A stretch of 64,000 bases of DNA from Narcine bancroftii (GCF_036971445.1 NC_091480.1:3534001-3598000); one strand, 5' to 3'; positions 12,062 to 26,253 are shown, counted from the first letter of the stretch. Program-made: numbers and translations. Notes: generated by a model not told the origin, from the letters alone.

Positions 12062-14439
12062 ACTTAGATGCACCTTTTACAAGGGGAGAAATGGAGAAAG
12101 TTCTGGGTACTTTATAAGCCAATAAGTCCCTGGGGGGAGATGGGTTCCCTCCTGAGTTCTCTAGTCAATTTAAAGATTTGTTGATGCCTCTTGATGGATG
12201 TATTGGACCATATGGTGGAGACCCCAACCCTACCGGACACTTTTTCAACAGGGAAGAGGGAGGGAGGGAAGGGATTGTTGTATTTTGTTTTGTAAGAAAA
12301 AAGTTTTATATATACATATATATTTTTTTTTTTGAAAATGGAAAAAAATTGATATGTATATTTATGAAAAAAAAACAAAAATAAAATATTCCCCAAAAAA
12401 AATGAGCAAGGTTTTCCTACACAGTTGTACCAGTTCCTGGTGCGTACAGGGCCTGTGGAAGCGTTCTTCTTTACATGCTCAACGTGCAGATCATATTAGT
12501 GCAAGTATAGTGTTTCCATGCTGTTTGGTACAATAAGCTACATTGCACAAGAACTGCTCCTTGTTGCATCGTGTCAAATGTGAGCAGAGCCTTGTTCTGG
12601 AGCTGGGAGATGGATGGTAAATCTGTACCAATGAATCCGTACTATGAGGAGCCACATCATTGCAGGTAGTCTCTTGATCAGACTCAATTCCCCTGTGTCC
12701 TGATTTTCCCTCCTTTCAGTGAACAACCATAGCCTGTTACACCACTACACTCTCTCTACTCCCCTTACTTGTTCTGATCACTGAGTCTTTCAGCCGCTCC
12801 CATTCAGTTATCCAATTAGAAGGGTGCTTTCTCCACTCTCCATGCTTAATAAACTGACTAATCAAATCTACTTGTTAGTTCAGATAGTAAAGAATACTGC
12901 TAAAGCAGGACTCCTCAGGGGCACTGCTGCACATCAGCAGGAATTACAATAAATTCAATAGTCAGAAAACTTTTCACAATAGAAAGTTAAAAGAAACAAC
13001 TGGAAGGGGCTGTTACTGTGCTCTGTGCTGTATCTTTATATTTTAATTGTAAAAATCATTAAACCATTTAAATTATCCTTCAAAGCAGGAATTGCAATTA
13101 GATAAGTTCAAATAAGCAATAAGGTCTGACACTTAATCAACTATGAATACATCTATAAATAAACTCTCTTCATTTCCTTTAATACTTTACCCAATAAGCA
13201 TTCTGATCATGTTTATTTTGATATTTCAGCAAATTTTAATTTAGTTCAGTGAATTTTTCATTTTCTTTCTCCTTTTTTCCTTAAATATTTGAAAATAGTT
13301 CTTTTCTATTTTTAAATTTCCCACTTAAACCATAAAGGACTTGGATTTTGTATAAATTTCTATAAAATTTCTGAGTTGTTCAACTCCTACCTGAATATAC
13401 CTCTGATTTAACAGTCTCAGCAGAAATCTTCCTCGAGAAACATTCACTCAGGGACCAGGTTGTTTCTCAGCTGCCATGTTGGTGTTGGGACAAGATGTGC
13501 ACCATGAAAATCTCAAGTAACCAATTACTCTGGATACTTCATTCATTTTTTCCATGAAGATTCAGCCCAACCACCCCATTTGCGATCAGCTCTTCAGTGA
13601 TACCAGTGGGTGTTGAGTAAGCGTGCCTCAGTGAGAAAGTGATCTCTGCATCCAGCTTGAAAATGCCTCTGCCATTACTTCAGTGAGCAGTTATAGAGCA
13701 TTACCAATGCTTCACATGTGTGTTAATACATTAACACTGTATGCCAGCTCACATTCATTGATAAAACACGTGTTCAACTGGCCGATAAATCTTCCCTCAG
13801 CACTGATAATACAGCAGGTAGAGGGATTCCATAACCTCTCCAGGAAAATTCCAAATTACTTCCTCTAATATTTTTTAAATATTGTTTATCAATTGATTAA
13901 AAATCAGCCCATTCCATGAAATAATTCTGACACGTTAACTCTGTTCCTCAGTCCCCCCTAAAAAGTGGTATTTCCAGCTTTCTCTGATATAACAAAGAAT
14001 CCACTGAACAGGAACAAAAACATATTGGACAACCAAGCACCCTTGAACAGGGAAGCTGCCACAGCAGGGAGTACAATTGGAGGAAGGACCATAATTTCAG
14101 ATTCTCTGAATGTTAGCCTGATCTCCTTGGGGTTCAAATGGGGCTACCACCACCCTTCACTTTCTTTATCCATGAATTTCAACTATAACCTCTTGTTCAC
14201 TGTATGAGCTTCTCACCTCCGAACTCTAGGGTTCACAAGTGCCCTTCTGGCACGCGAGTCCTCTTCTTCGGACACCTTGTCTTAAGTGGTCTGGTGGCCC
14301 TCCAAAGCCCTCCTTAGGAACACAAGTGCCTAAAAACAGGAGGCATAAGAATCACCTAATGTAGGAGTGTATAGATAAAGCAGAGAACCTCAGAGATAAT
14401 TCCCAATCCACATCATCTTGGTTAGCATCAACTGCTAAC

Positions 14440-16110
14440 TCCTGGATCTGAGGCAATGTGACACCAAAATTGGTGGTGGAGTGGACAGTGAGGTAAGCTA
14501 TCTAAGGATCTAGATCAGTTGGGAAGTAGGGTCAAGAAGTGGCAAATGGAGTAAAACACGACATGTGGTTGAAGTAAAAGCACAATGCTGGTCAAACAGT
14601 GTCCTTTATAGAGCAAAGATAAAAATACATCATCGACATTTCAGACTTGAGCCCTTCATCAAGGTGGCAAATGGAATTTAACTTTGAAGTCAAGCCAGGG
14701 CAGGCCTTACACGGTGAATAGTGTCAACCTGGAGAATAGAATAGAGAACACGACAGCACAGTACAAGCCCTTCAGCCCTCAATGTTGTGTCAACCCATAT
14801 ATTAATTTTTAAAAAACTAAACCATCTCTAGTTTGTTACCCTCTATTTTTCTTTCATCCACGTGCCTGTCTAAGAGTCTCTTAAATGCCTCGAATGTTTG
14901 TCTCCACTACCATTCCTGGCATGGCATTCCATACACCCACAATTCTATGTAAAAAAAAAATGACAATGTCTCCCCTAAACTTCCCTCCCTTCACTTGTAT
15001 ACGTCCTCTGGTGTTTGCAGCTCTTGCCCTGGGAAAAAGGTGTTGGCTATCTACCCTATCTATGCCTCTCATAATCTTGCAGACCTCTAAGTCTCCTCTC
15101 ATCCTTTGCTCCAAAGAGAAAAGTTCCAGCTCTGATAACCTTGCCTCATAAGACTTATTTTCCAATCCATGCAACATCCTGGTGAATCTCCTCTGCACCC
15201 TCTCCATAGCTTCCATGGGCCTTCCTATCATGAGGTGACTAGAACTGAACACAATATTCTTCGTCCCACTAGAGATTTGTAGAGTTGGAACATGATCTCT
15301 TGACTCCAGAACTCAATCCCCCTATTAATAAAGCCCAATAACCCATAGGCCTTCTAAACTATCCTATCAACTTGTGCAACGACCTTGAGAGATGAATAGA
15401 TTTAGACCTCAAGGTCTCTCTGTTCATCCACATTCTTAAACCATTAACTCAGCCCTCAGCCTTCTGGTTTGTCCTTCCAAAATGCATCAAATGTTGTAGA
15501 ACCCGCAAGATCTAGGGGTACGGGTCCATAATTCCTTGAAGATGGTCAGGGATGGTGAAGAAGGCAATTGGCATGCCTGAATTAATTGGCAGGGCACAGG
15601 ATACAAACATTGGGATCTCAGGAATCAGCAGTACAAGATGTTAGTGAGACCACTTTCTCGTGTGTAATTCAGATCATCTAGCTATAGGAAGGATATCAAT
15701 AAGTTGGAAGGGGTGCAGAGGAGATTGACCAGGGTAGATGGTTCAGGAATCAAAGGGCCTCAGTTTAAGGTGAGAGGGGAGACATTCAAGAGGGTTGCAG
15801 ATTTTTCACTCAAAGGCTGGCCCGAATCTGGAATGAGCTGTCAGATGAAACTGTAGAAGTGAGCATAATTACAATGTTCAACCGTTTCTCTCCATGGGAC
15901 ACCCGCAGAGTCCCTCCTACTTCTTGTGACCCAGGGTTGACTGTGCCTGTATCATCTCATAGTGAGGGAGTCTACTTGATACCGTGTATATCTCATTGAC
16001 AGACATTTCCCCAGGGGGATATGGTTAATACAAGAGGTCATAGTTTTAAGGTCCTTGGGAGTAAGCGCAGGGGGGATACAAGTTCTTTAATCAAGTGGTA
16101 GATGCAGGGA
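14440..16110. mobile_element. Nested CR1 fragments (+ copy interrupted by a - copy at about 14740-15490)
   Basis: Minus ORF MERVQRRFTRMLHGLE...RGDL; + strand DTKIGG and EGVQRRLT motifs. Confidence 0.8.
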
Positions 16111-16569
16111 CAATGTGTGTGTGTTTTAAACTTAACTTTTATTTCCATTATCATCACGTGAGGAAACAAACAAAATACAGAGATCACACAACAGATGGGC
16201 ACAGCGCATCAATCTATCTCATTCGAGTTCTGTTCATTCAGGCATCATAGATTTAGGCACCCAATTATCCTAACCAATATTCCGACACCTATACGTTTCT
16301 TCATTTGCCCACTGTGACATTTTCGAGCTGAAATAGGAGGGTCAGAATAAATCTTATTGAATTTATCACAGTGTCATCCCAAACGTGCAATTATACACAA
16401 TCACAATCTCATCTGTGGTCGGATCTGTTTATCGATCAAACCTCCATGCAGACTGATTGCTGCCAAACGACCCAAAAAGCTGAACACCACCACATTAAAA
16501 CACGGTGAGTGTGCTGATACCTTAAAATCCTCCATGGAAACTGTTCGAAGCAGCTGGTTGATAATCCAC

Positions 16570-18790
16570 TAGATGATATTACTGAGCACTGGAATGCTTT
16601 CAAAGAAACGGTCTCCAGCGCTGCCCAGGACACCTTGGGGAAAGTCAAGTGCAAGCATCAGGACTGGTCTGATGAGAGCAACCAATCTGCGCAAGACCTT
16701 CTAAGAGCTAAGGCAGTTGCACTCCAAGCTCTCCTGCGACACCCAAACTCAAGTTCCAAACAATGTGCCTTTTTGAGTGCAAAATCAACTTCGTAGAGAC
16801 AGCTCAGAGCTATGAAAGTCCAGTGGTGGGCAAACAAAGCCAAGGAGTTACAAGCCTTTGTTGACTGTAATGACTCAAGAAGCTTCTATGAAGCAATCAA
16901 AGTTGTGTATTATCCATCAAAGCAAGGTACCTCACATCTCCAGAGCAATGACAGTCCATCCATCTTCACTGAGAAGTCAGAACACATGAAAAGATGGCAA
17001 GAACACTTCCACGAGCTGTTGAATAGACCAGGAACCATCACCAATGAAGCACTGGGCAGAGTATACCCTCGACCCATATTGTTTGAGCGAGGTGCTCCCC
17101 CTCCTCTTCACAAGGTCATCAAAGCCATCAAACAACTAAAACCCAACAAAGCACCAGGCCTGACAGTATTGCAGCCGAGATCTACCAGTTTGGGGGTAAC
17201 ACTAACATCATGCCTGCACCAGCTGTTTACAAAGTTGTGGGGAGCTGCTGAACTACCACAAGACTTCAAAGATGCACCATCTACAAGAACAAGGGAGACA
17301 AGAGAGATCAGAACAGTTGAAGTAAAATGCCTCATGAATATCATCCTTAGAAATTTGGTGTCCAACATCAATGACAACATCCTTCCAGAAAGCCAGTGTG
17401 GTTTTCAAACAGCCCATACTACAGTGGATATGACCTTCTCACTGAGAAATCTCAAAAAATGTGTTGAGCAGTAGAGAAGTCTCTAAGTCACATTTATTGA
17501 TCTAACCAGAGCATTTGACACTGTTGGTAGAGGCGGCCTGTGGAAGGTCTTACCAAATTCAGTTGCCCCCCCACCCCCGCCCCACTTAACCAAAATCATC
17601 TGTCAGTTCCACGAAGGTATGGAAGCCCACATCAATATGTGTGGTGAGTTATCAGACCCATTTCCCATCAGCAATGGTATAAAACAGGGTTGTGTTTTGG
17701 CTCCTACTCTGTTTGGACTATTCTTCGCTGCTGTTCTTCAGGATGCCACATCAGGGTTGATGGTGGGCTCCTCAACCTCGCAAGACTGAGAGCAAAACAA
17801 AAGTCAGGGACATTGTGGTACACGAGCTACAGTTTGCTGATTACTGTGTGCACTGGTTGCCCACTTTCTCGAAGACTCCAGTCGCTTTGCCAGTACTGCT
17901 AAGAACTACGGATTGACAATCAGCCTGAAAAAGATGGAGGTTTTGGACCAACCAGCCCCTGCTCAAGTTACAAAGAACCAACTGTCCTCATTGATGACAC
18001 TCGTCCCAATGCTGCCAACCAATTTTGCTACCTGGGCACCACAATAACATCTTCAGCTTCTCTAGATGTAGAGACTGAATCAAGAACCAGAAAGCCCAGA
18101 AATGTCAGCTGAAAGATTGGATTTGGTCACAGACATCAGGTTGGCCACCAAGCACAAGGTGTACAAGGCCGTTGTCATATCAGCCTTGCTCTATGGATGT
18201 GAGACGTGGTGCCCATATCAAAGTCACTTGTGTCAGCTTGACCAACATACGTTCTCTGATGAAGATCACCTGGCGAGTCAAGATCTCCAATATCGAGGTC
18301 CTTTCTCGACCCAGAATGCCAGCAGTTTCAACCTTGGTGATGTCAGCAGCAGGACATGTTGTTAGAATGTCCGACGGAAGACTGCCCAAGGGCATCTTGT
18401 ATGGCCAACTGTCCAGTGGTACCCAAAAAACGAGGAGGCCAGTGACTACAGTACAAGGATATTCTACACAAAAGCCTCAAGAAAGCTGACATTGCCCCAT
18501 CAACATGGGAGGATCTGGTTCAAGATGGCTCACAGTGGAGGGACACCATCAGAAAAGGCATGGATGCTTCTGAGAACAACTTCAAAGAGGCAACAGAGGA
18601 AAAATGCATGAAGCACCACAACAAAGCTTTTGCCCTGCTGCCCCTCCAGGCCTCATCTGCCAAATATGTGGCAAGCAGAGCCTGTCAAGGATCAGCCTGT
18701 ACAGCCACTCCAGGATAGACATATCAAACCCCATAAACTGACTGAAAGGAACCATCATCATCCTACTGGATAGATAGCAAGAAGAAGATG
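16570..18790 (+). mobile_element. 5'-truncated RTE-clade LINE, frameshifted
   Basis: WWANKAKELQ, LPESQCGF, GIKQGCVLAPTLF, LLYGCETW, GHVVRMSDGRLPK, C-terminal CxxC...H, (GAA)n tail. Confidence 0.88.
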
Positions 18791-19509
18791 CATTACTCCA
18801 ATTACACGTAGAGGATTACAGGATTTTTTTAAAGAGACTATTAGATAAGTATGTGGAACTAAGAAACGGGTTATGCAGTGGGGACAATTGGACAGATGTA
18901 TGCATGGGAAAGACTTAGAAGGACCAAATGCTGGCATATGAGACTATTCCCAAAGGCCAGGGTGCCAGGCATAGTTTATGTTGTATGACACGAAGAACAT
19001 TTGTCTGAATTGTCATCAGAATAGGAATAGGTAATTTCCTGTTCTCTACATTGGAAGGCCAGAGTTCCATCAGCCTGACAGTCAATGGTCTCTCCCAATA
19101 GTGCTGGAATTAATTTGCTTCTGACTGGGAATATTTTGCTCCATGTGACTTGTGGTTTCTGTGGAATTGCTCTCTCAAGTAGGTCACACACCATGCTGAC
19201 AACTGAAGTCCAATTAATATTCAAAGAATCCCTCACAAACCAGAAGAACTTGGAGTCATGTTCTTGTGCCTGAGCTACATGAGGTTTCCGCCTAGATGCA
19301 GTATTTACCTATATGCTTGTGAAATTGTTTTGATCATTATTGCAGGAATGAGCACTGGTGTTAAATGATCCAGCAACCCTGAGAAGGATGGGCCAACGAT
19401 GTGGCAATTACTTCAGGGAAGAGTTATCAGTGAGTTGAATAAAGCTGCCTGCAATAAACGCTGTACCTGTCAGCTTCACCCAAATAAACTATTTGTTCAT
19501 GGTACATGC

Positions 19510-21290
19510 TACATAGTGCATGCCTGGCTCACCAGTACACAGTGCAAGCCTCGCCCACTGAAACACAGTACATGCCTGGGTTCCCAAAACACGGTACACG
19601 CCTGGCTTCCCAGAACACGGTACACGCCTGGCTTCCCAGAACACGGTACACGCCTGGCTTCCCAGAACACGGTACACGCCTGGCTTCCCAGAACACGGTA
19701 CACGCCTGGCTTCCCAGAACACGGTACACGCCTGGCTTCCCAGAACACGGTACACGCCTGGCTTCCCAGAACACGGTACACGCCTGGCTTCCCAGAACAC
19801 GGTACACGCCTGGCTTCCCAGAACACGGTACACGCCTGGCTTCCCAGAACACGGTACACGCCTGGCTTCCCAGAACACGGTACACGCCTGGCTTCCCAGA
19901 ACACGGTACACGCCTGGCTTCCCAGAACACGGTACACGCCTGGCTTCCCAGAACACGGTACACGCCTGGCTTCCCAGAACACGGTACACGCCTGGCTTCC
20001 CAGAACACGGTACACGCCTGGCTTCCCAGAACACGGTACACGCCTGGCTTCCCAGAACACGGTACACGCCTGGCTTCCCAGAACACGGTACACGCCTGGC
20101 TTCCCAGAACACGGTACACGCCTGGCTTCCCAGAACACGGTACACGCCTGGCTTCCCAGAACACGGTACACGCCTGGCTTCCCAGAACACGGTACACGCC
20201 TGGCTTCCCAGAACACGGTACACGCCTGGCTTCCCAGAACACGGTACACGCCTGGCTTCCCAGAACACGGTACACGCCTGGCTTCCCAGAACACGGTACA
20301 CGCCTGGCTTCCCAGAACACGGTACACGCCTGGCTTCCCAGAACACGGTACACACCTGGCTTCCCAGAACACGGTACACACCTGGCTTCCCAGAACACGG
20401 TACACACCTGGCTTCCCAGAACACGGTACACACCTGGCTTCCCAGAACACGGTACACACCTGGCTTCCCAGAACACATTGCATGCCTGGCTTCCCAGAAC
20501 ACAGTGCACGCCTGGCTTCCCAGAACACAGTGCACGCCTGGCATCTCAGAAGACAGTAAACACCTGGCTTCCTGGTACACAGTACACACCTGGCTTCCCA
20601 GAACATGCTACAAACCAGGCTTCCCAGAACATGGTATCCACCTGGCTCACTGGTCTACAGTACATGCCTGGCTTCCCAATACACAGTACATGCCTGACTT
20701 CCCTGAACATGGTACATGCCTGACTTCCCTGAACATGGTACATGCCTGACTTCCCTGAACATGGTACATGCCTGACTTCCCTGAACATGGTACATGCCTG
20801 ACTTCCCTGAACATGGTACATGCCTGACTTCCCTGAACATGGTACATGCCTGGCTTCCCTGAACATGGTACATGCCTGGCTTCCCGGAACATGGTACACA
20901 CCTGGCTCACTGGTACACAGTACCTACCTGGCTCATCGGTACACCTGGCTTCCCAAAACATGGTACATGGCTGCTTCCCAGAACACAGTACATGCCTGTA
21001 CACCTGGCTTCCCAGAATATGGTATGTATCTAGGTTCACAGAACATGGTACACACCTGGCTTTCCAGAACACAGTACATGCCTGGCTCCAAGTATGTCTG
21101 GCTCTACCAGTACACAGTACATACTTGGCTCCCTAGTGCACAGTCACATGTGACTTGCCGGTACGCATCTGAACGTAACACAAGCCTGGCTCCCTGGTAC
21201 AGGACATGTCTGACTCCCTGGTACACAGTACATACCTGGATCACCAGTACATGGCACACAGTAGCCAATGTATCAGCCTGCTCACACACG
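19510..21290. repeat. 26-bp minisatellite (CCTGGCTTCCCAGAACACGGTACACG)n with variant blocks
   Basis: About 29 near-perfect units at 19591-20355; variant CCTGACTTCCCTGAACATGGTACATG block near 20690-20870; degenerate flanks. Confidence 0.97.
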
Positions 21291-24206
21291 TAGCAACGTG
21301 CAAGCAAACCATAATGGCAAAGACCAACAAACAGCAGCTTAATAAGCCTATCAGTAGAAAAGCATGATCAAGAGATGTGATAGAGAAAACCCAAGAGGTA
21401 ATCTCAAGACTTCCACCTTGGTCTGAGAGAAAATTGGCAGTTCTTCCTCAGATTATGGAGTGGTAAAATCATAGTGTTTAAAGAGTTTCAGTTGTGTGTC
21501 AAAATAAACTACAGGCAGAAAGTTCAATGTGTATAGATTCAAAGTCAAAGAGGAAGAGCCCAACCATGAACCAATCCCTCCTTCTCTTCCTGTCTCTACT
21601 CTAAATCACATGGTCTCCGACTTCCCCACTGAAGAACAAATGGCCAAATAGACACATTTGAAACAGCAGTAGGCCCTTCAGGGCTGTTCTACCCATTCAA
21701 TGAAGACTTGGCTGATTTAACTCCATGTCCCACAATCAGTAAAAAAAAAAACACTGCTGGAGAAACTCAGCAGGTCAAAAGGTGAGCTTTATGTCACAAA
21801 AATAAAGATCCACAACAAAAGTTTTGGGCTTGATCCCTTCATCAAGCCCAATGTAGCAAATGTAGGCAGATGCCTGAACTGGGGACCAATGATGTGGGGA
21901 GGAAGGGTGTGGAGATCATGCAGAGTGAGATCAGGGAGCAAGGAGCAGGTTAAAGGGCAGAACCTCCAGGATAGCAATCTCAGGATTGCTACCAGTACTA
22001 CGTTCAGGTGAGGTAAGAAATAGAAAGATATTGCAGCTAAAACACATGGCTGAAAACATGGTGCAGGAGGGAGGGCTTTAGATTTGTAGATAATTGGGTG
22101 ACATTCCAGGGAAGGTGGGAACTGTTCCAGCAGGACTGTTTACATCTTAACTGGAAAGGGACAAATATTCTTGCAGGCAGGTTTTCTAGGGTGGCTCTGG
22201 TGGGTTTAAACTAGATGTGAAGGGGGAGGGGAACCAGAGTAAAAGAGATGTACGGGAGAAGGATAAAATTGAAGACAGATGTTGTATGCATCATTTGTAT
22301 TCAACAGAGAGCAGGAGAAGGAGATTTTCTTCACTATTTATTTCAATGTTAAATGTGTGCAAGATAATTGTCTACATCAATAAATAGAGGTACCAATGAG
22401 AGAAGAGGCAGAATTAGATCTGCTATTAGAAAATGAGATAGGTCAGGTGACAGAGGTGTGTGTTGGGGAGCAGTGATCATAATCCTATTGGTTTCAAAAT
22501 AATTTATGGAGTAAGATCAGTCTAGAGCCAGGGTTGAGATTTTTGATTGGAGACATGCTAATTTTGAGGCGAATGGAATGGATTTGGAAGATGTGGACTT
22601 GGATAAATTGTTTTATGGAGAGGATATAGAAGGAAAATGGAGAGCATTCAAAGGTGAAATTTTAAGGATACAGAGACAGTATGTTTCTGTTAAGATGAAA
22701 GAAAAGGTTAAAAGTTTTAGCGACCCTTGGTTTTCAAGGGTTATTGGAAATATGGTTCAGTAAAAGAGAGAGGTCATGTATAGACCAGCATGAAGTAAAT
22801 GAGGTGATAGAGGAATAATATAAAAAGAATCTGAAGAAGGAAATTAGAAAGGCTAAGAGGAGATATGAGGTTTCTTTGTCAAGTAAGATGAAAATAAATT
22901 CAAAGGGTTTTGACAGATATATTAGGAGTAAAGAGATAGTGGTCCCCTAGAGGATGAGAGTGGACGGCTATGTGTGGAGCCAAAAGAGATGGGGGAGATT
23001 TTGAGTAATTTTTCTTCAGTGTTTACTAAAGAGAAAGATATTGATCTGAGTAAATTAAGGGAAATAAGTCGGGAAGTTATGGAAACGATGATGATTAAAG
23101 AAGAGGAAGTTCTGGCACCTTAAAGGAAAATAAAGGTGGATAAATCTCCAGGCCCTGACAAGATATTCTCTAGGACCCTGAGAGATGTTAATGTAAAAAT
23201 AGTAGCGGCTTTGTCAGAGATATTTAAAATGTCATTAGTAACGTGAATGGGGCCGGAGGATTGGAGGGTAGCTCATGTAGTTCCATTGTTTTAAAAAGAT
23301 GCACGGAGTAAATCTAGTAATTATAGGCCAACAAGTTTGACGTCAGTGGTGGGTAAGTTAATGGAAAGTATTCTTAGAGATGGTATATATAAATATTTGG
23401 ATAGGCAGGGTTTGGTTCAGAACAGACAACATGGATTTGTGAAGGGAAGATCATGTTTGACAAACCTTATCAAATTTTGAGGAGGTTACTAGGAAAATTG
23501 ATGAGAGTATGGCAATGGATGTTGAAGATATGGACTTTAGTAAGGCCTTTGATAAGGTTCCTCAGGGAAGGTTAGTTAAGGAAGTTCAGTCATTAGGTAT
23601 TAACATTGAAGTAGTGAAATGGATTCAACAATGGTTGAATGGGAAATGCCAGAGAATAATGGTAGGTAACAGTCAGAATGGAAGCCGGTGACTAGTGGTG
23701 TGCCTCAGGGTTCAGTATTGGGTCCATTACTGTTTGTCATATACATTAATGATCTGGATGATGGGATGGTCAATTAGATGAGTAAGTATGTAGATGATAC
23801 TAAGATAGGTGGAGCTGTGGATAGTGGAGAAGGGTTTCAAAGTTTGAAGAGGGATTTAGGGCAGTGAGAAGAGAGGGCTGAAAGATGGCAGGTGGAGTTT
23901 AATGTAAATAAGTGTGAGGTGTAACATTTTGGTAGGGCTAATCAAATAGGATATACATGGTGAATGGCAGGGCATTGGGCATTGAAGAATGCAGGACAGA
24001 CGGATCTAGGAATAATGGTACATAGTTCCCTGCAGGTGAAGTCACATGTGGATAAGATGGTGAAAAAAGCTTATGGTATGTTGGCCTTTATAAATCAGAG
24101 CATTGAGTATAGGAGCTGGGATGTTATGTTAAAATTGTACAAGGCATTGGTGAGGCCAAACTTGGAGTATTGAGTAGTTTTGGTCACCAAAGTATAGGAA
24201 AGGTAT

Positions 24207-24848
24207 TGTTACAAGCCCAAAGGACCCCAAAACCCAGCAGTAATAGACATTCACCAAGGCAAGTAGTTATTTAAACAAAAGTTGTTTTTAATTAACTTTA
24301 AACATGAAAACAGAATCAAACTTTAACTTATCTCTATTCTTAACTAACCCAAATGAACCCCCTTATAATTCTAAGCACACGTGTATGTAATGTGTGTGTA
24401 AATTTAAGAAAAGTTCTTTGGTTCACAGTTCAATCACATTTCTCATTCTTACAAGTTCACTGGTTGTTGGTAATTCTTATAATGTGCATAGAATTTAACA
24501 TGTATAAAGTTCACTAGGCTTTGGTGCTCAAAAGGTAAATGTTTACTGCTCAGGAAGGTTCTTGTAGGGTTTGCAGAGAGAGATTTGTTGTTCCAGGATT
24601 TCCACAACTTAAGTACTACCATTAATCACCTCAATGTCTTGCCGCTGAAACTGCCCCATCAGGGTTCTCCAGACAATAACCTCTTTCTTTCAGGCTATCA
24701 CAGAGTTCCTTTCTGTTCCACTTATTCCAGGAGAAACATCAGACAGATAGCACTTCCAGCCATCCGCCTCTCTGGAGCTTTTCTGTTTCCCATCAGCTTT
24801 TCCTGGCTTGCATTGTTCAGCTGTGACTGAGAGAGCTTGTTGAGCTTG

Positions 24849-24891
<43 letters not shown>

Positions 24892-25266
24892 AATGAGACT
24901 ACCAGGAAGCCCATGTGACTTTCTCACTTGCAAAAATTCCCACCTTCTTCAGCAAGCAGCAGGAGTTATCCTACTACTCCCATCTGTTATCTTAGATAAA
25001 CAAAACCCAGGAGTGACCTTTCTGTGAGCACTCTGTAGGCACTTGCACACAGTCAGTTTGTCTCCTCTTCCAAACAATGGTCTATTAATTTCATGACGTC
25101 ATTTCAATAAGCACCTACTTGTGAAATGTGCATAACATTCTCCATAGCCTCTATAATGTTACTGAAAATGAATTCTTCAAAATTTCAAATAAGATCTGCT
25201 TTAAAATGTGTGTATGTACGTAATCCACTAATCTTACCAAATTCCTCCCAATATTTATCCGTTACA
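24207..25266. mobile_element. Solo LTR (Gypsy/ERV-type) inserted in CR1
   Basis: TGTTAC...GTTACA termini; perfect 4-bp TSD GTAT (24203-24206 / 25267-25270); removing it restores the CR1 reading RKGINKL. Confidence 0.85.
24853..24889 (+). repeat. (TC)n microsatellite within the LTR
   Basis: Pure dinucleotide run. Confidence 0.95.
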
Positions 25267-25355
25267 GTATCAACAAATTGGAGAGAGTGCAGAGAAGATT
25301 TACTAGAATGTTTCCAGGGTTACAGGGTCTAAGTTATAGGGAAAGGTTAAATATA

Positions 25356-26072
25356 GGCTCTTTCATGCAGTGAAAAAGCCCAAGTGTAAAGGCGAAGGTT
25401 CTCCGCCCTTATGTTGGGAGACTTACCTCCATGAATATGCCCTGGCCGACTCCAAAGCGCCAAATGCAATCCCTCTTGGGGAAAGGGTCAGTGGCAGAGC
25501 ACTGTATTCCACCCACCATGATTGGACTGCCGCTGCAAGCAACTGGCTAGGGGTGGGCTGATGAAGTTACAATGATGCCATCAGCCTGTGACCCATCTCC
25601 CCTCCTTCTTCAATTCACTCAGCCCTCTCCCTCCTTGACCCCCTCAGGGCAGGAGCATCCATCAGGAGTCAGAGGGCAGGGGCAGCTGACGGAGGCCATC
25701 AGGGCAGGGGCAGCTTGTCTACTTGTGACAGTCCCACCAACCACTCCAGCACTTCATCAGGTCACTTTGGTCTTCGGAGCCGCTTGTCAACACCAGTGGC
25801 TCAAAATGCGGCAGAGCAATGGGAAATGCAGAGTGGTTCCAGCTGTGTGGGGGATTATGGGGAGGGAAGACAGCCATTGCTCTGGCACGTATTTATGACA
25901 GGCAGTACCACGGTACCAGTCACCCCACCTACAGCGACTCCAAAGGGCACTACAAGCCACCATTCAACATCAATGCGACGCAGGAGCTGCCTTTTAGGGC
26001 TGCTTCATGAAAGATAAGTTTATATTTTTTCCTCTGTGTTTATAGCTGGCATCCAGGTAAAGGCGTGAAATG
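25356..26072. mobile_element. Probable non-autonomous DNA transposon (PIF/Harbinger-like)
   Basis: Interrupts CR1; imperfect TIRs ggctctttcat / atgaaaggggt. Confidence 0.45.
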
Positions 26073-26253
26073 AAAGGGGTTAGTGCTTTATTCTTTGGAG
26101 CAGAGGAGATTGAGAGGGATTTGATTGAAGTATTTAAATTAATAGAGTTGAGGTGGAGAGGCTTTTGTCTTTAAGAAAGGGGGAGATAAAAATAAGAGGA
26201 CATGATTTGAGAGTCAGGGGGCAAAAATTTAGAGGAAACATGAGGGGGGCTTC

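Larger units (their letters stand above)
9119..12401 (+). mobile_element. L1-clade LINE with 5' end, disrupted ORF1 and endonuclease, RT mostly deleted, polyA tail
   Basis: ORF1 motifs (NNVRIIGLKEG, FFQKWIP, FQDFS, YPATLRV); EN motifs (IGGDFN, DIWRQLNP, SRIDLFL); GDGFPPEF; AATAAA plus A-tail; TSD ATGAGCAAGG at 9109-9118 and 12402-12411. Confidence 0.88.

Noticed and set aside
19399-20899. ORFs of 300-400 aa on both strands; CRISPR-like regularity
   Set aside because: Translation of a stop-free 26-bp tandem repeat; no spacers, no cas genes, vertebrate context.
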